Shown here piece after piece: positions 49,907 through 58,726 of a stretch of 64,000 nt of DNA. The stretch is from assembly GCA_963737915.1 (NCBI GenBank), contig CAVTUP010000028.1, positions 15,634-79,633 on the forward strand. The letters are read 5' to 3'. Numbering within the stretch: position 1 is the stretch's first letter; each line of letters opens with the position of its first letter. This DNA is from an uncultured Acidobacteriaceae bacterium (GTDB lineage Bacteria; Acidobacteriota; Terriglobia; Terriglobales; Acidobacteriaceae). The notes under the pieces were generated by a model, which saw only the letters and a program-made list of their open reading frames with translations, had not been told where the DNA came from and searched no databases. Position numbers and translations under genes: made by a program.

Positions 49907-51571
49907 CTACGTGAGCGCGAGATATTCATGCGTCAACCGCACCACCATCGATCCCTCGCCGACGGCCGACGCCACGCGATTCATCGCGCCTGAACGCAGA
50001 TCGCCCGCCGCGAATACCCCGGGCACGCTGGTCTCCAGCAACAGCGGCTCTCGCTTTTCTTTCCACGTGCGCGCGTACGCTTCGGCTGCTAAAAGGTCGC
50101 GCCCCGTGAGAACAAATCCCTTCGCATCGCGCAGCACGTTGGCTGGTAGCCAGTCGCTTTGCGGTCTCGTGCCGATGAACACGAATAGCGCATCGATCTC
50201 TTCCACTTCGCACGACTGATCGTCAAGGGATGCGAGAGCGACTCTTTCTACATGCCCGTTTCCCTCCACGCGCGCGATCTCGGTTCTGGGCCGCAGTCTA
50301 ATGTTCGGAGTCTTCTCAATCTGTTCAATCAGATACTGAGACATGGTGGGGCGCAACGAATCGCGACGAACAGCAATCTGAACTTCCTGCGCAAAACGCG
50401 CAAGGTGCATGGCGCCCTGGCCCGCCGAGTTTCCGCCGCCGACCACCATCACGCGCTTGCCGCGAAACGCCGCTGCCTCCGTGGTCGCGGCTCCGTAGTA
50501 GACTCCGGCGCCCGTGAGTTCCTTGATGCCCGGCGCAGGATGCTCGCGATAGAACATCCCTGTCGTGGCCAGCATCGTGCGAGCCACAATTTCGCGACCG
50601 TCCGCCAGCGCAACGCGTTTGTATCCCCCATCAATCGAAACGCCGGTCACTTCCAAAGGTGCGAGAAACTCCGCGCCTAGTCTCTGTGCCTGCATCATGG
50701 CGCGTCGCGTCAACTCGCTCCCGCTCACGCCCGTCGGAAACCCAAGATAATTTTCGATGCGCGAACTGGTTCCCGCCTGTCCACCCGGAGCATGTCGATC
50801 GAGCAGCAAAGTCCGCAGTCCTTCTGAAGCGCCGTAGACCGCTGCCGCCAACCCTGCAGGACCCGCGCCGACAATCACCAGGTCATACACGTCGTATGCG
50901 GCAGAGAGCGATTTGCCCAGTCGTTCGGCCACATCGCACGCCACTGGATTGCGCATCACCGGCGTGCCATCGTCAAAAAACAATGCGGGCAGCTCTTCAT
51001 CGCAAACCCCCGCCGCATCCAGCAGGGCGCGCGCATCCGGATCCCGCAAAACGTCGAGCCACCGGTAGGGAATCAGATTGCTCGCTAGAAAACCTTTGAT
51101 CGCATGCGACTGTGGCGACCACTGGTGTCCCACAAGTCTCAATCCCTTGGCCTCGGGCAGAGATTCGGCCTGCCACGCATCGAGCAGATCGTCGATTACC
51201 GGGTAGAGGCACTCTTCCGGCGGGTCCCACGGCTTCGAAAGATAGTGATCGAGATGCGCTTCATTGATCGCCCTAATTGCCGCTTCGATGTCGGAGTAAG
51301 CGGTCAACAGCACGCGCCTTGCCAGGGGATAGATCTCACGCGACTTGGCCAGCACCTCGCTGCCCAGCATTCCGGGCATGCGCTGATCGCTGATGATCAT
51401 TGCCAGTGAGTCTCCCCGGCTTTTCAGTTCGCGCGCTGCGGTGAGCGCCTCCTGTCCCGAGGTCGCGCTGACGATCATGTAATGCTCCCGGTAGCGGGTG
51501 CGGAGATCGCGGCGGACGGCGGCCAGCACCTGGGGATCGTCGTCCACTACCAGCAGAACCGGTTTGTTCAT
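49907..51571 (-). CDS. response-regulator receiver fused to a thioredoxin-reductase-like FAD/NAD(P) flavoprotein
   Basis: REC features VVDDDP, ISDQRMPGM, LLTAYS, SKPW. After a ~100-aa linker domain come VIVGAGPAGLAAA (FAD) and VVGGGNSAG (NADPH). Confidence 0.9.
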   Translation of the reverse strand: MNKPVLLVVDDDPQVLAAVRRDLRTRYREHYMIVSATSGQEALTAARELKSRGDSLAMIISDQRMPGMLGSEVLAKSREIYPLARRVLLTAYSDIEAAIRAINEAHLDHYLSKPWDPPEECLYPVIDDLLDAWQAESLPEAKGLRLVGHQWSPQSHAIKGFLASNLIPYRWLDVLRDPDARALLDAAGVCDEELPALFFDDGTPVMRNPVACDVAERLGKSLSAAYDVYDLVIVGAGPAGLAAAVYGASEGLRTLLLDRHAPGGQAGTSSRIENYLGFPTGVSGSELTRRAMMQAQRLGAEFLAPLEVTGVSIDGGYKRVALADGREIVARTMLATTGMFYREHPAPGIKELTGAGVYYGAATTEAAAFRGKRVMVVGGGNSAGQGAMHLARFAQEVQIAVRRDSLRPTMSQYLIEQIEKTPNIRLRPRTEIARVEGNGHVERVALASLDDQSCEVEEIDALFVFIGTRPQSDWLPANVLRDAKGFVLTGRDLLAAEAYARTWKEKREPLLLETSVPGVFAAGDLRSGAMNRVASAVGEGSMVVRLTHEYLALT

Positions 51572-52983
51572 TGCGCCTCGCCGGGCCGATCGATCTCGGC
51601 GATAGGCAGGGAGATTCGAAATTCCGTTCGCCCCGGCTGCGACTCGACTGATATCTCGCCGTCGTTATGTTGCACCAGCCTGCGGACGATATCCAGGCCT
51701 AGCCCGGTTCCTTCTCCCATAGGCTTGGTGGTGAAAAAAGGATCAAATATCCGCGCGCGGACGTCCGCCGGTATCCCCGGCCCATTATCGATAATCCGCA
51801 CCACGACGCGCTTCTTCTCACGCGCAGCCTGCACTTCAATCCTGCCAGATTCCTTGACGGCGTCCAGCGCGTTGTCGATCAGGTTTGCCCAGATCTGGTT
51901 CAGTTCCCCCGCCAGTCCCAGCACGTGCGGAAGCTCAGGCTCCGTCTTGAGGGCCACCGATACCGATTTCCCCCGCGCTTTCGAACCGAGCACAGCAATC
52001 GTATTGCCCAAACTATCGGTCAAGTCCAGAGGCGCAGCCACCATGGCCTGATCCATATGAGTAAATCCCTTGATCGCAATTACCAGGCCCGAGATCCGCA
52101 TCGCAGCTTCTTGAATCTCCGACGCCAGGTCTCGCACAGCACATGCTGCCGCTGCCGACTTCAGCACCGGGTTCAATGCAGATCCGTTCACGGCCTTGGC
52201 CAGCAGGTCGAGCGCCTCAAACGTCACCTTGGTCTCGGCAAGAGTCCCGGCAAGCGACTCGTCGAGTCCATGATCCGCAAGCCAGTCGGCGATGGCCTCT
52301 TCGCGTTCGGCCTCTTCGATGGGGGAACGAACACCCTGTTCTTGCGATGCCATGCACGATTCGCGAATTGCGTCGACGGCTGCGAGTTGTTCCTCAGTTA
52401 GCTTCGATGCGCCCAGGGCGCGCGTCGAGACCTCGGCGTCCTCCAGCCGATCTTCAAGCAGCGCGGCACTCCGTTCGATGGCCGAAGCCGGGTTATTCAG
52501 TTCATGCGCTAATCCCGCAGACAGTTTGCCAAGCGAAATCATCTTCTCGTTGTGCAGGTTGCTCGAGGTAAATGCGCGTGCGCGATCGACCATGGTGTGA
52601 ACCAGAAGGGAAGTAATCTCGTGGCACTCGCGAATCATCTCGCGAAGATCGTCGCGAGGAATTTCGAGGACCGCTGTCAATTCCTGAGCAATCGAATCCC
52701 CAGGCGGGCTCACCATGCGCGAGTAGGGAAGTACGCCGGTGACGTCCCCTTCGCGCCATTCCATCATCTTGTGGAGCCCCTTGCCGCGGTCGACGTAAAT
52801 GGCGATGCGCCCCGACAGCACCACAAACATGCCTTCGACAGGCTTATCCTTCGAGCTCAGCACTTCGCCAGCTTCAAGCTGCCGAACGAAGCCATGTGCT
52901 GCCAGCCACTCCAGCTCCTCGCGCGGCGCCGCACCAAGAGTCTTGTGCCCCGCCAGCCGATCGACGAGATCCATAACTGTCAT
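51568..52983 (-). CDS. cyclic-nucleotide-binding-domain histidine kinase
   Basis: N-terminal cNMP-binding-like beta-barrel, H-box LAHELNNP, and N/G boxes NLIDNALDA and DNGPGI...GEGTGLGL. Its stop overlaps the next start (ATGA). Confidence 0.9.
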   Translation of the reverse strand: MTVMDLVDRLAGHKTLGAAPREELEWLAAHGFVRQLEAGEVLSSKDKPVEGMFVVLSGRIAIYVDRGKGLHKMMEWREGDVTGVLPYSRMVSPPGDSIAQELTAVLEIPRDDLREMIRECHEITSLLVHTMVDRARAFTSSNLHNEKMISLGKLSAGLAHELNNPASAIERSAALLEDRLEDAEVSTRALGASKLTEEQLAAVDAIRESCMASQEQGVRSPIEEAEREEAIADWLADHGLDESLAGTLAETKVTFEALDLLAKAVNGSALNPVLKSAAAACAVRDLASEIQEAAMRISGLVIAIKGFTHMDQAMVAAPLDLTDSLGNTIAVLGSKARGKSVSVALKTEPELPHVLGLAGELNQIWANLIDNALDAVKESGRIEVQAAREKKRVVVRIIDNGPGIPADVRARIFDPFFTTKPMGEGTGLGLDIVRRLVQHNDGEISVESQPGRTEFRISLPIAEIDRPGEAQ

Positions 52984-53067
52984 CTCAATACCAATTTCCT
53001 ATTGCGGGGAATCCCTATCCACCGACCAAGTTACCAGATGGACGGCACCGAACGCGTTGCAGACCCT

Positions 53068-53502
53068 TCATTGCCCCGAGCTCCCAAATCCCTTTGCCGC
53101 CCGCGCCGATACTTCCAGTGTCTTCACTTCTTCGACCAGACCCGTGAGCACCGGAACCGGGATCATCTGCGCGATCTTCTCCCCCGCCTTCAGTTCGATC
53201 GTGGTCTCACCCAGGTTTGTCATCAGCACCAGGATTTCTCCCCGATACCCTGCGTCGATCACTCCCCCAGTAGTCGCAACCCCACGAGCTGCCATCGACG
53301 ACCGGTCCCGCACCAGCAATCCCAGCGAAACACCTGTTTCCGGGTGTCGAGCCTCGACAGCAATCCCGGTCCGAACCCGCACCGTCATCCGCGCTTGAAG
53401 CACCACGCCTTCCAGCGCAAACAGGTCGTATCCCAGATCCTCACCCGGATGCGCCACCACAGGCAGCCGCGCGCCATCTTCCAGCATCTTCACTCTCAGC
53501 AT
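53068..53502 (-). CDS. dut: dUTP diphosphatase
   Basis: 144 aa with motifs AGYDL-like (LGYDLF), RSS, GVIDAGYRGE. Confidence 0.93.
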   Translation of the reverse strand: MLRVKMLEDGARLPVVAHPGEDLGYDLFALEGVVLQARMTVRVRTGIAVEARHPETGVSLGLLVRDRSSMAARGVATTGGVIDAGYRGEILVLMTNLGETTIELKAGEKIAQMIPVPVLTGLVEEVKTLEVSARAAKGFGSSGQ

Positions 53503-53668
53503 GAATTGATGGTAACCGGACTATGTTCGGTAAAGAATAGATACCGTCTAAAGGGCACTATAGCTTTGCATTAAGGTTCCCCTTTTCCAGCTTCATTCAT
53601 TCGCTTGTTCACTTGTTTGCTTGGTTGTCCGTGGCTCAGCCAGTCTCCGAATTGCAGAGAGGAGTCTG

Positions 53669-54067
53669 ATGGTCTTAGGTACACCCATCCCGCCTCGCAT
53701 CTTCTTGGCAGATGAGGAGTACGTTCTCGCCTCAATGCTTGCCGACCTTCTGCGGGAAAAAGGTTGGGATGCTCGGGCCTTCGGCGACCCTGATGAGGCT
53801 CTCGAAGCCGCACATTCCGCGCCCCCAGATCTGCTGGTTTGTGATGTCGAAATCCCGCCGCTCTCGAGCCTGGAGTTCGCAAAGAGAATGCGACGCCAAT
53901 CCCCAGGTTGCAAAGTTCTCCTCTTCTCAACGCACTCCGGAGCCAACAGCCTTCTTGAATCTGTTCGTTCCGCAGCCAAGGACTTCATCCTTCTCTTCGG
54001 TCCAGTCCATCTCAATGAATTGATTGATCAGATTTACATGGCCATGGAACAGGTGCATGCCCACTAA
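53669..54067 (+). CDS. stand-alone atypical receiver-domain protein
   Basis: ATG after AGAGAGGAG. CheY-like fold with acceptor Asp (LLVCDVEIP), but ADEE replaces the DD pair and FGP replaces the conserved KP. Confidence 0.7.
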   Translation: MVLGTPIPPRIFLADEEYVLASMLADLLREKGWDARAFGDPDEALEAAHSAPPDLLVCDVEIPPLSSLEFAKRMRRQSPGCKVLLFSTHSGANSLLESVRSAAKDFILLFGPVHLNELIDQIYMAMEQVHAH

Positions 54068-54204
54068 ACCAGGTGGACAACTCTCGCCATCACCACGCTC
54101 GAAGGGTGCGTTGCCATCCCGGGAAATCTGGAAAGATCCGGGAAAATGGCCAGCCCCGGCCGGGGATTTCCCCAGCCAGGGCTGTCAGCTACTGATTTGA
54201 ACTC

Positions 54205-54683
54205 GGCAGAGGGACCTGTAAGCCGAATTCTGTCAATGTGCGGTCATTCCTCTAGGCGCCGCGTCGCCGCGGACGCTCATCAGCGACCTACCCGGAGGTT
54301 CCGGCAATTGCTAAGAGCCGCCTGGGCGCATCGGGCCGATGCGCAACGCATGCCTGGCTCCTGGCCTGCGCTTCCCTCCCTATTTGGTCTTGCTCCGTGT
54401 GGGGTTTACCCTGCCTCCGGCTTTACAGACGGAGCGGTGCGCTCTTACCGCACCATTTCACCCTTACCCCGGCACTGACGCAGCAAGCTGCTTCAGGGTC
54501 GCCCTCCTCCCGAAAGAAAAGGGGTAGCCGAGGCGGTATCTTTTCTGTGGCACTGGCCGTCCGCGAACCTTAAAGTCCGCGTCCCGGACGTTATCCGGCA
54601 CACTGCCCTGCGGAGTTCGGACTTTCCTCCCCCGGATTCCCGGTTTCCCAAGCCTCCGGCAGCGACCGCCCGGTCCTCCTGCC
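54205..54683 (-). ncRNA. rnpB: RNase P RNA, bacterial type A
   Basis: Minus strand carries the universal elements GGAGGAAAGTCCGAAC (54613-54631), CCACAGAAAAGATACCGCC, GGGGTAAGGGTGAAA, GTGCGGTAAGAGCGCACC and GACAGAATTCGGCTTAC (54219-54233). P1 pairs GGCAGGAGGACC (54672-54683) with GGTCCCTCTGCC (54205-54216). A GGCUGGGG-AAAU-CCCCGGCC hairpin follows at 54158-54177. Confidence 0.9.
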
Positions 54684-54747
54684 AGGGTCTAGTGTACCGC
54701 GAACACGATTTGCCAGTTGCGAAGGGATCTTACAACGGAAATCGCTT

Positions 54748-55815
54748 CTACCACTTGCGCTTGGGATGACTGCGCACTGACTTTTCGATGGCGTTCCACT
54801 TCGCCCTTGTCTCCTTGGCCAGCCTGGGATCGGTTTTGCGCTCCAGATGTGCAAGTTCCCGCTGCATTTTCTGGTAGTTAGCCAGTCGGCCTGCATCCAG
54901 CCCGGCACCCTCAATGGCGCATCCCGGCTCGCCCGCGTGGGAGCAGTCTCGAAACCGGCAGCTCAAAGCCAATTCGGCAATGTCGGTGAAGCTGTCACCG
55001 ATGTGTTCCGTCGACCCCCATAGCTGCACTTCGCGAAGTCCGGGAAGGTCCATCAGAAGCCAGCCTCCCGGCATCCTGAAGAGTTCACGGCTGGTTGTAG
55101 TGTGGCGGCCACGGCTGTCTTTGGGGCGCACGGGGCTGGTGCGCTGCCGTTCGTCCCCCAGGAGCCGATTCAGAATTGTGGACTTGCCGACCCCCGATGA
55201 GCCGATCAGGGCTGCGGTCTCACCCGTTGCAAGCTGGGCCGGCAAAGCTTCCAGGCCGCTTCCAGTGAGCGCACACAGGGGCAGCACCAGCAGGTCCGGG
55301 GTCATTCCCTCAATGCGCGCTAGCACGTCCGGCAAGACGAGGCCAAGTTCGTCGGCCAGATCTGCCTTGTTGAGCAGAACGACCGGCCTCGCGCCGCTTT
55401 CGTGAGCCATTACCAGGTATCGCTCGATGCGCCGCTCGTTATAGTCGCGGTCCAGGCCGCTGACAATGAACAGCACATCAATATTCGCAGCCAGCACTTG
55501 CTCCCGAATCTCCCGCTCAGGCTGCTTGCGCGAGAGCTTCGTCTTGCGGTCCAGAACCTTCACGATGACGGAGGAGTCTGCATGCAGGACCACCCAGTCG
55601 CCAACCGCAGGCCAGAGTGACGAATTCTTGCGCAGCAGCCCACTGACGCCTGCATCCACCTCGCCGGTTTCCGTCCATACCAAAAAGCGTCCATGATTCG
55701 CCGCTGCGACGCGGCCAACGAAGCCTGAGGATTCCTGGCTTTCAAAGAAGCTGGTCCATCCAAATTGTTCCAGGGTCACGGAAGTTTTCCTCTCGTTTGT
55801 GAGCGAAAGACGCAC
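54748..55815 (-). CDS. rsgA: ribosome small-subunit-dependent GTPase A
   Basis: Circularly permuted GTPase (LLNKADL...GSSGVGKSTILN) with C-terminal zinc knuckle CRFRDCSHAGEPGCA. Confidence 0.92.
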   Translation of the reverse strand: MRLSLTNERKTSVTLEQFGWTSFFESQESSGFVGRVAAANHGRFLVWTETGEVDAGVSGLLRKNSSLWPAVGDWVVLHADSSVIVKVLDRKTKLSRKQPEREIREQVLAANIDVLFIVSGLDRDYNERRIERYLVMAHESGARPVVLLNKADLADELGLVLPDVLARIEGMTPDLLVLPLCALTGSGLEALPAQLATGETAALIGSSGVGKSTILNRLLGDERQRTSPVRPKDSRGRHTTTSRELFRMPGGWLLMDLPGLREVQLWGSTEHIGDSFTDIAELALSCRFRDCSHAGEPGCAIEGAGLDAGRLANYQKMQRELAHLERKTDPRLAKETRAKWNAIEKSVRSHPKRKW

Positions 55816-55983
55816 CCCTGACCTACCAGCCAGCGGGGCAATGCGTGAGAGGGCGATTTAGACAGTGGTGGTCAGCGGCACTCCGTGTGCTGTCAATGTA
55901 TCAAACTTCTGCCTGAACGGGCAGTTTCCGATTCCAGGTCTTCTACGGACCTTCTGCGGGGAGCAGGACCTGCAGCGCCGCCG

Positions 55984-57033
55984 TCAGTGTGTTTGCTGCA
56001 ACTGGACCGCCGGCTTACTCAGTGCCGGCCAGTGGAAAAACCATCCAATGTGAAGCCTGTCCTGGTAATGCCAGAGCAAAGCCGGAATTGAAAGAGCCAC
56101 GACCATCGGCACCAGAAGCTGCGGCAGGGGCGCGGTGGAATGCAGCACACGCAACACAAGTTCCCGCCCAAAACCCTGGCAGAAAGGGGCAATCAGAAAA
56201 ATTGCCAGAGAACCCTCTCCGAGCCATCGAAACAACTTGTCCCAGACGTTCCCTGTTAAGCCCCGGCTGAGAAGAATCAGCATCACAGTTCCCGTCAGCC
56301 CAAGTGGGGTTGTGGTCCATCGATTGACCTCACCTCCATATGCAATTGCCGCTAACTGAACTGCCATCAGAACTCCAAACCCGAGCCATGCTGCTCTTCG
56401 TGGCAGATTCTCCACCAATGACATCCGCTGGCCTCCCACCCACATCCCGGCAACTACAAATGGAAAAAACAGAAATGGCCTGTATAGAACGATCACTGGG
56501 GAAACGGGCATGAAATAACAGCCCGCCAGCGCCAGCGCCATCTGCGCCCAATGTGGCAGGCGGAAAATCAGGATTGCCAATAGTTGACATTCGAAGAGGG
56601 TGATTAGAAACCAGCTGGCATTCCCCGACGCTAAGTCCATGAAAACTCGATACCAGCTGAAAGGATGGGTACCATTCCGAAACGGTGCCGTGAGAGGATC
56701 GCTCAGCGATTCGATCAACCCCCACAAGGCATAGGGATAAAGAATTGTCTTTACCTTCTCCATCGCGAATCCCACCGGGCCTCGCCGCATCAGGCTGCCC
56801 GCAAGAAACAATCCGGCAATAAAGAAGAACGCCGGCATGTGGAAGCTATAGATAAAGGACTCGGTAAATTCCATTCCCTTAACAAATCGAGGCATTGCGT
56901 TCCACCAATGCCGATGCATCGCCCCTTGCTCCGTGTGGCCAAACACCATGAGCACAATCGCGATACCTTTCACGATGTCCACGGTGTTCACACGGCCGCG
57001 TTTCCCGGTTGTCATCCTGGGTTCAACGCTCAT
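55984..57033 (-). CDS. acyltransferase family 3 membrane protein
   Basis: 349 aa, about 10 TM, N-terminal VDIVKGIAIVLMVFGHT motif. Confidence 0.8.
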   Translation of the reverse strand: MSVEPRMTTGKRGRVNTVDIVKGIAIVLMVFGHTEQGAMHRHWWNAMPRFVKGMEFTESFIYSFHMPAFFFIAGLFLAGSLMRRGPVGFAMEKVKTILYPYALWGLIESLSDPLTAPFRNGTHPFSWYRVFMDLASGNASWFLITLFECQLLAILIFRLPHWAQMALALAGCYFMPVSPVIVLYRPFLFFPFVVAGMWVGGQRMSLVENLPRRAAWLGFGVLMAVQLAAIAYGGEVNRWTTTPLGLTGTVMLILLSRGLTGNVWDKLFRWLGEGSLAIFLIAPFCQGFGRELVLRVLHSTAPLPQLLVPMVVALSIPALLWHYQDRLHIGWFFHWPALSKPAVQLQQTH

Positions 57034-57362
57034 TCCTCAGCACCTGCTCTCCCCGCTGCATACCGGCCCGGACCTCGCATGACCCTCTGCCGAGAGTGTC
57101 AGCTTAGCCTACCCTTTGCGTTGCACTTTCCAACTCGCATGGCTTGAAATATGTGTGATTGACTGCCGAAAATTCCGCTGCTCATTTTCGCAGCTGCCGA
57201 GGAACCGTGAATCAGAGGGATGCAGAAATATCAACCAATTGAATCCATGGCAACGCCCCGACCATCCACATGATGTGCCGAACCAAAGGTGCTCGCGGTT
57301 CTGTCTCTTTGAGATAGCCTCCTGATTCGCTCTAATCGCTGCGTCAATTCAAGGAGAATCCC

Positions 57363-57743
57363 ATGAAGATTGTGACAATGATTGCCCGCATTTTGCTCGC
57401 TCTACTCTTCCTTGTTTCTGGACTCGACAAGCTCTTCCATTTTTTTCCACCGCAGCCTTTACCTCCCGGTGCCGCGGGAAAATTCATGGATGCCCTCATG
57501 TCCACCAAATACCTTGTCTTCATTGGATTGTGCGAGGCCGTAGGCGGCATCTTATTGATCGTCAATCGCTTTGTTCCGCTGGCGCTGACAATTCTTGGTC
57601 CGGTGATCGTCAACATCCTGCTCACCGGCACTCTCATGGATCACCGCGGCTTGGTACCAGGCATCGTGGTCACGGTCCTTTGGTTCGTGGTCTTCTGGTG
57701 GCATAGAGAGGCTTTCGCGAAGATTCTTGAAGCCAGACCGTGA
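57363..57743 (+). CDS. DoxX-family membrane protein
   Basis: 126 aa, 4 TM, RILLALLFLVSGLDKL start. AAGGAGAA RBS. Confidence 0.8.
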   Translation: MKIVTMIARILLALLFLVSGLDKLFHFFPPQPLPPGAAGKFMDALMSTKYLVFIGLCEAVGGILLIVNRFVPLALTILGPVIVNILLTGTLMDHRGLVPGIVVTVLWFVVFWWHREAFAKILEARP

Positions 57744-57790
57744 TCGCTTCTGAGTTATCCCACCGTGGGTCACTAGAATCAAAATAGGCG

Positions 57791-58639
57791 ATGATCCAAT
57801 ACCTCTATCTCGGCCGCGTTGCCTACGGCGAGGCACTTCGCCTTCAGGCTGAGATCGCCGCTCTCCGACTCGACGGCCGTGTCGAAAACGTTCTCCTCCT
57901 GTTAGAACATCCCCCGGTACTCACCCTTGGCCGCAACGCCCGCCGCTCCAACGTCCTCGCCTCCGATGAACTGCTTGCCAGCCGCGATGTCACCCTTCAC
58001 GAGATCAACCGCGGTGGCGACGTCACCTACCACGGCCCCGGACAACTCGTCGGCTATCCCATCTTCGATCTGCGCAGCCTGCAAAATGCGACGGGGTCCC
58101 GCCTCGGCCCCGTCGACTTCGTCCGGAGCATGGAAGAAGCGCTCATCCGTCTTTGCGGTGTTTACGGAGTTCGCGCCAACCGCATCGCCGGCCTCACCGG
58201 GGTCTGGTGCGGACTCCATGACTCGCCACTGCCCTCGTCCGAAGGTCTGCCCCCCGCAGGGGATCGCAAGATTGGCGCTATCGGCATTCACGTTTCGCGC
58301 GGCATCACTTCGCACGGCTTCGCCTTCAACGTTACGACCGACCTCCGCGACTTCCAGCTCATCAATCCATGCGGTATCACCGATCGCCCCGTCACCAGCC
58401 TGGAAAAGGAAATCCCCGCCACGGTGGCTCTTCCCAGTCTCGAATCCATCGCGCACGAAGCCGCACGCCAGTTCGGCCACGTCTTCTCGCAGCAGGTTCT
58501 GGCAATGGAAAGTCTCGATGCCTTGCGCGCGCAAGCGCAAGTGGCCCCGCCTCTGGTGCTCGGCGAAGACACTCCACTGCAAGTGCCCCGCGAAGTGGAA
58601 CGCCTGCACGACGCGAGCGATCGTCCCGTTCGCGCCTGA
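57791..58639 (+). CDS. lipB: lipoyl(octanoyl) transferase
   Basis: Motifs LLEHPPVLTLGR, RGGDVTYHGPGQLVGYP, KIGAIGI and PCG. Confidence 0.93.
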   Translation: MIQYLYLGRVAYGEALRLQAEIAALRLDGRVENVLLLLEHPPVLTLGRNARRSNVLASDELLASRDVTLHEINRGGDVTYHGPGQLVGYPIFDLRSLQNATGSRLGPVDFVRSMEEALIRLCGVYGVRANRIAGLTGVWCGLHDSPLPSSEGLPPAGDRKIGAIGIHVSRGITSHGFAFNVTTDLRDFQLINPCGITDRPVTSLEKEIPATVALPSLESIAHEAARQFGHVFSQQVLAMESLDALRAQAQVAPPLVLGEDTPLQVPREVERLHDASDRPVRA

Positions 58640-58726
58640 GCCTGATCGACGGTTAAGTTGCGCGATTTATAATCCTGCAGGAACCGGGGCGTGCCCCGGA
58701 ACGGTGCATCGCGGAGAGAACGATTC

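Noticed and set aside
54194-54204. T-loop-like GAGTTCAAATC (minus strand) just 3' of rnpB, considered as a possible tRNA.
   Set aside because: No acceptor, D or anticodon arms can be drawn around it. It directly abuts the RNase P RNA P1 stem.
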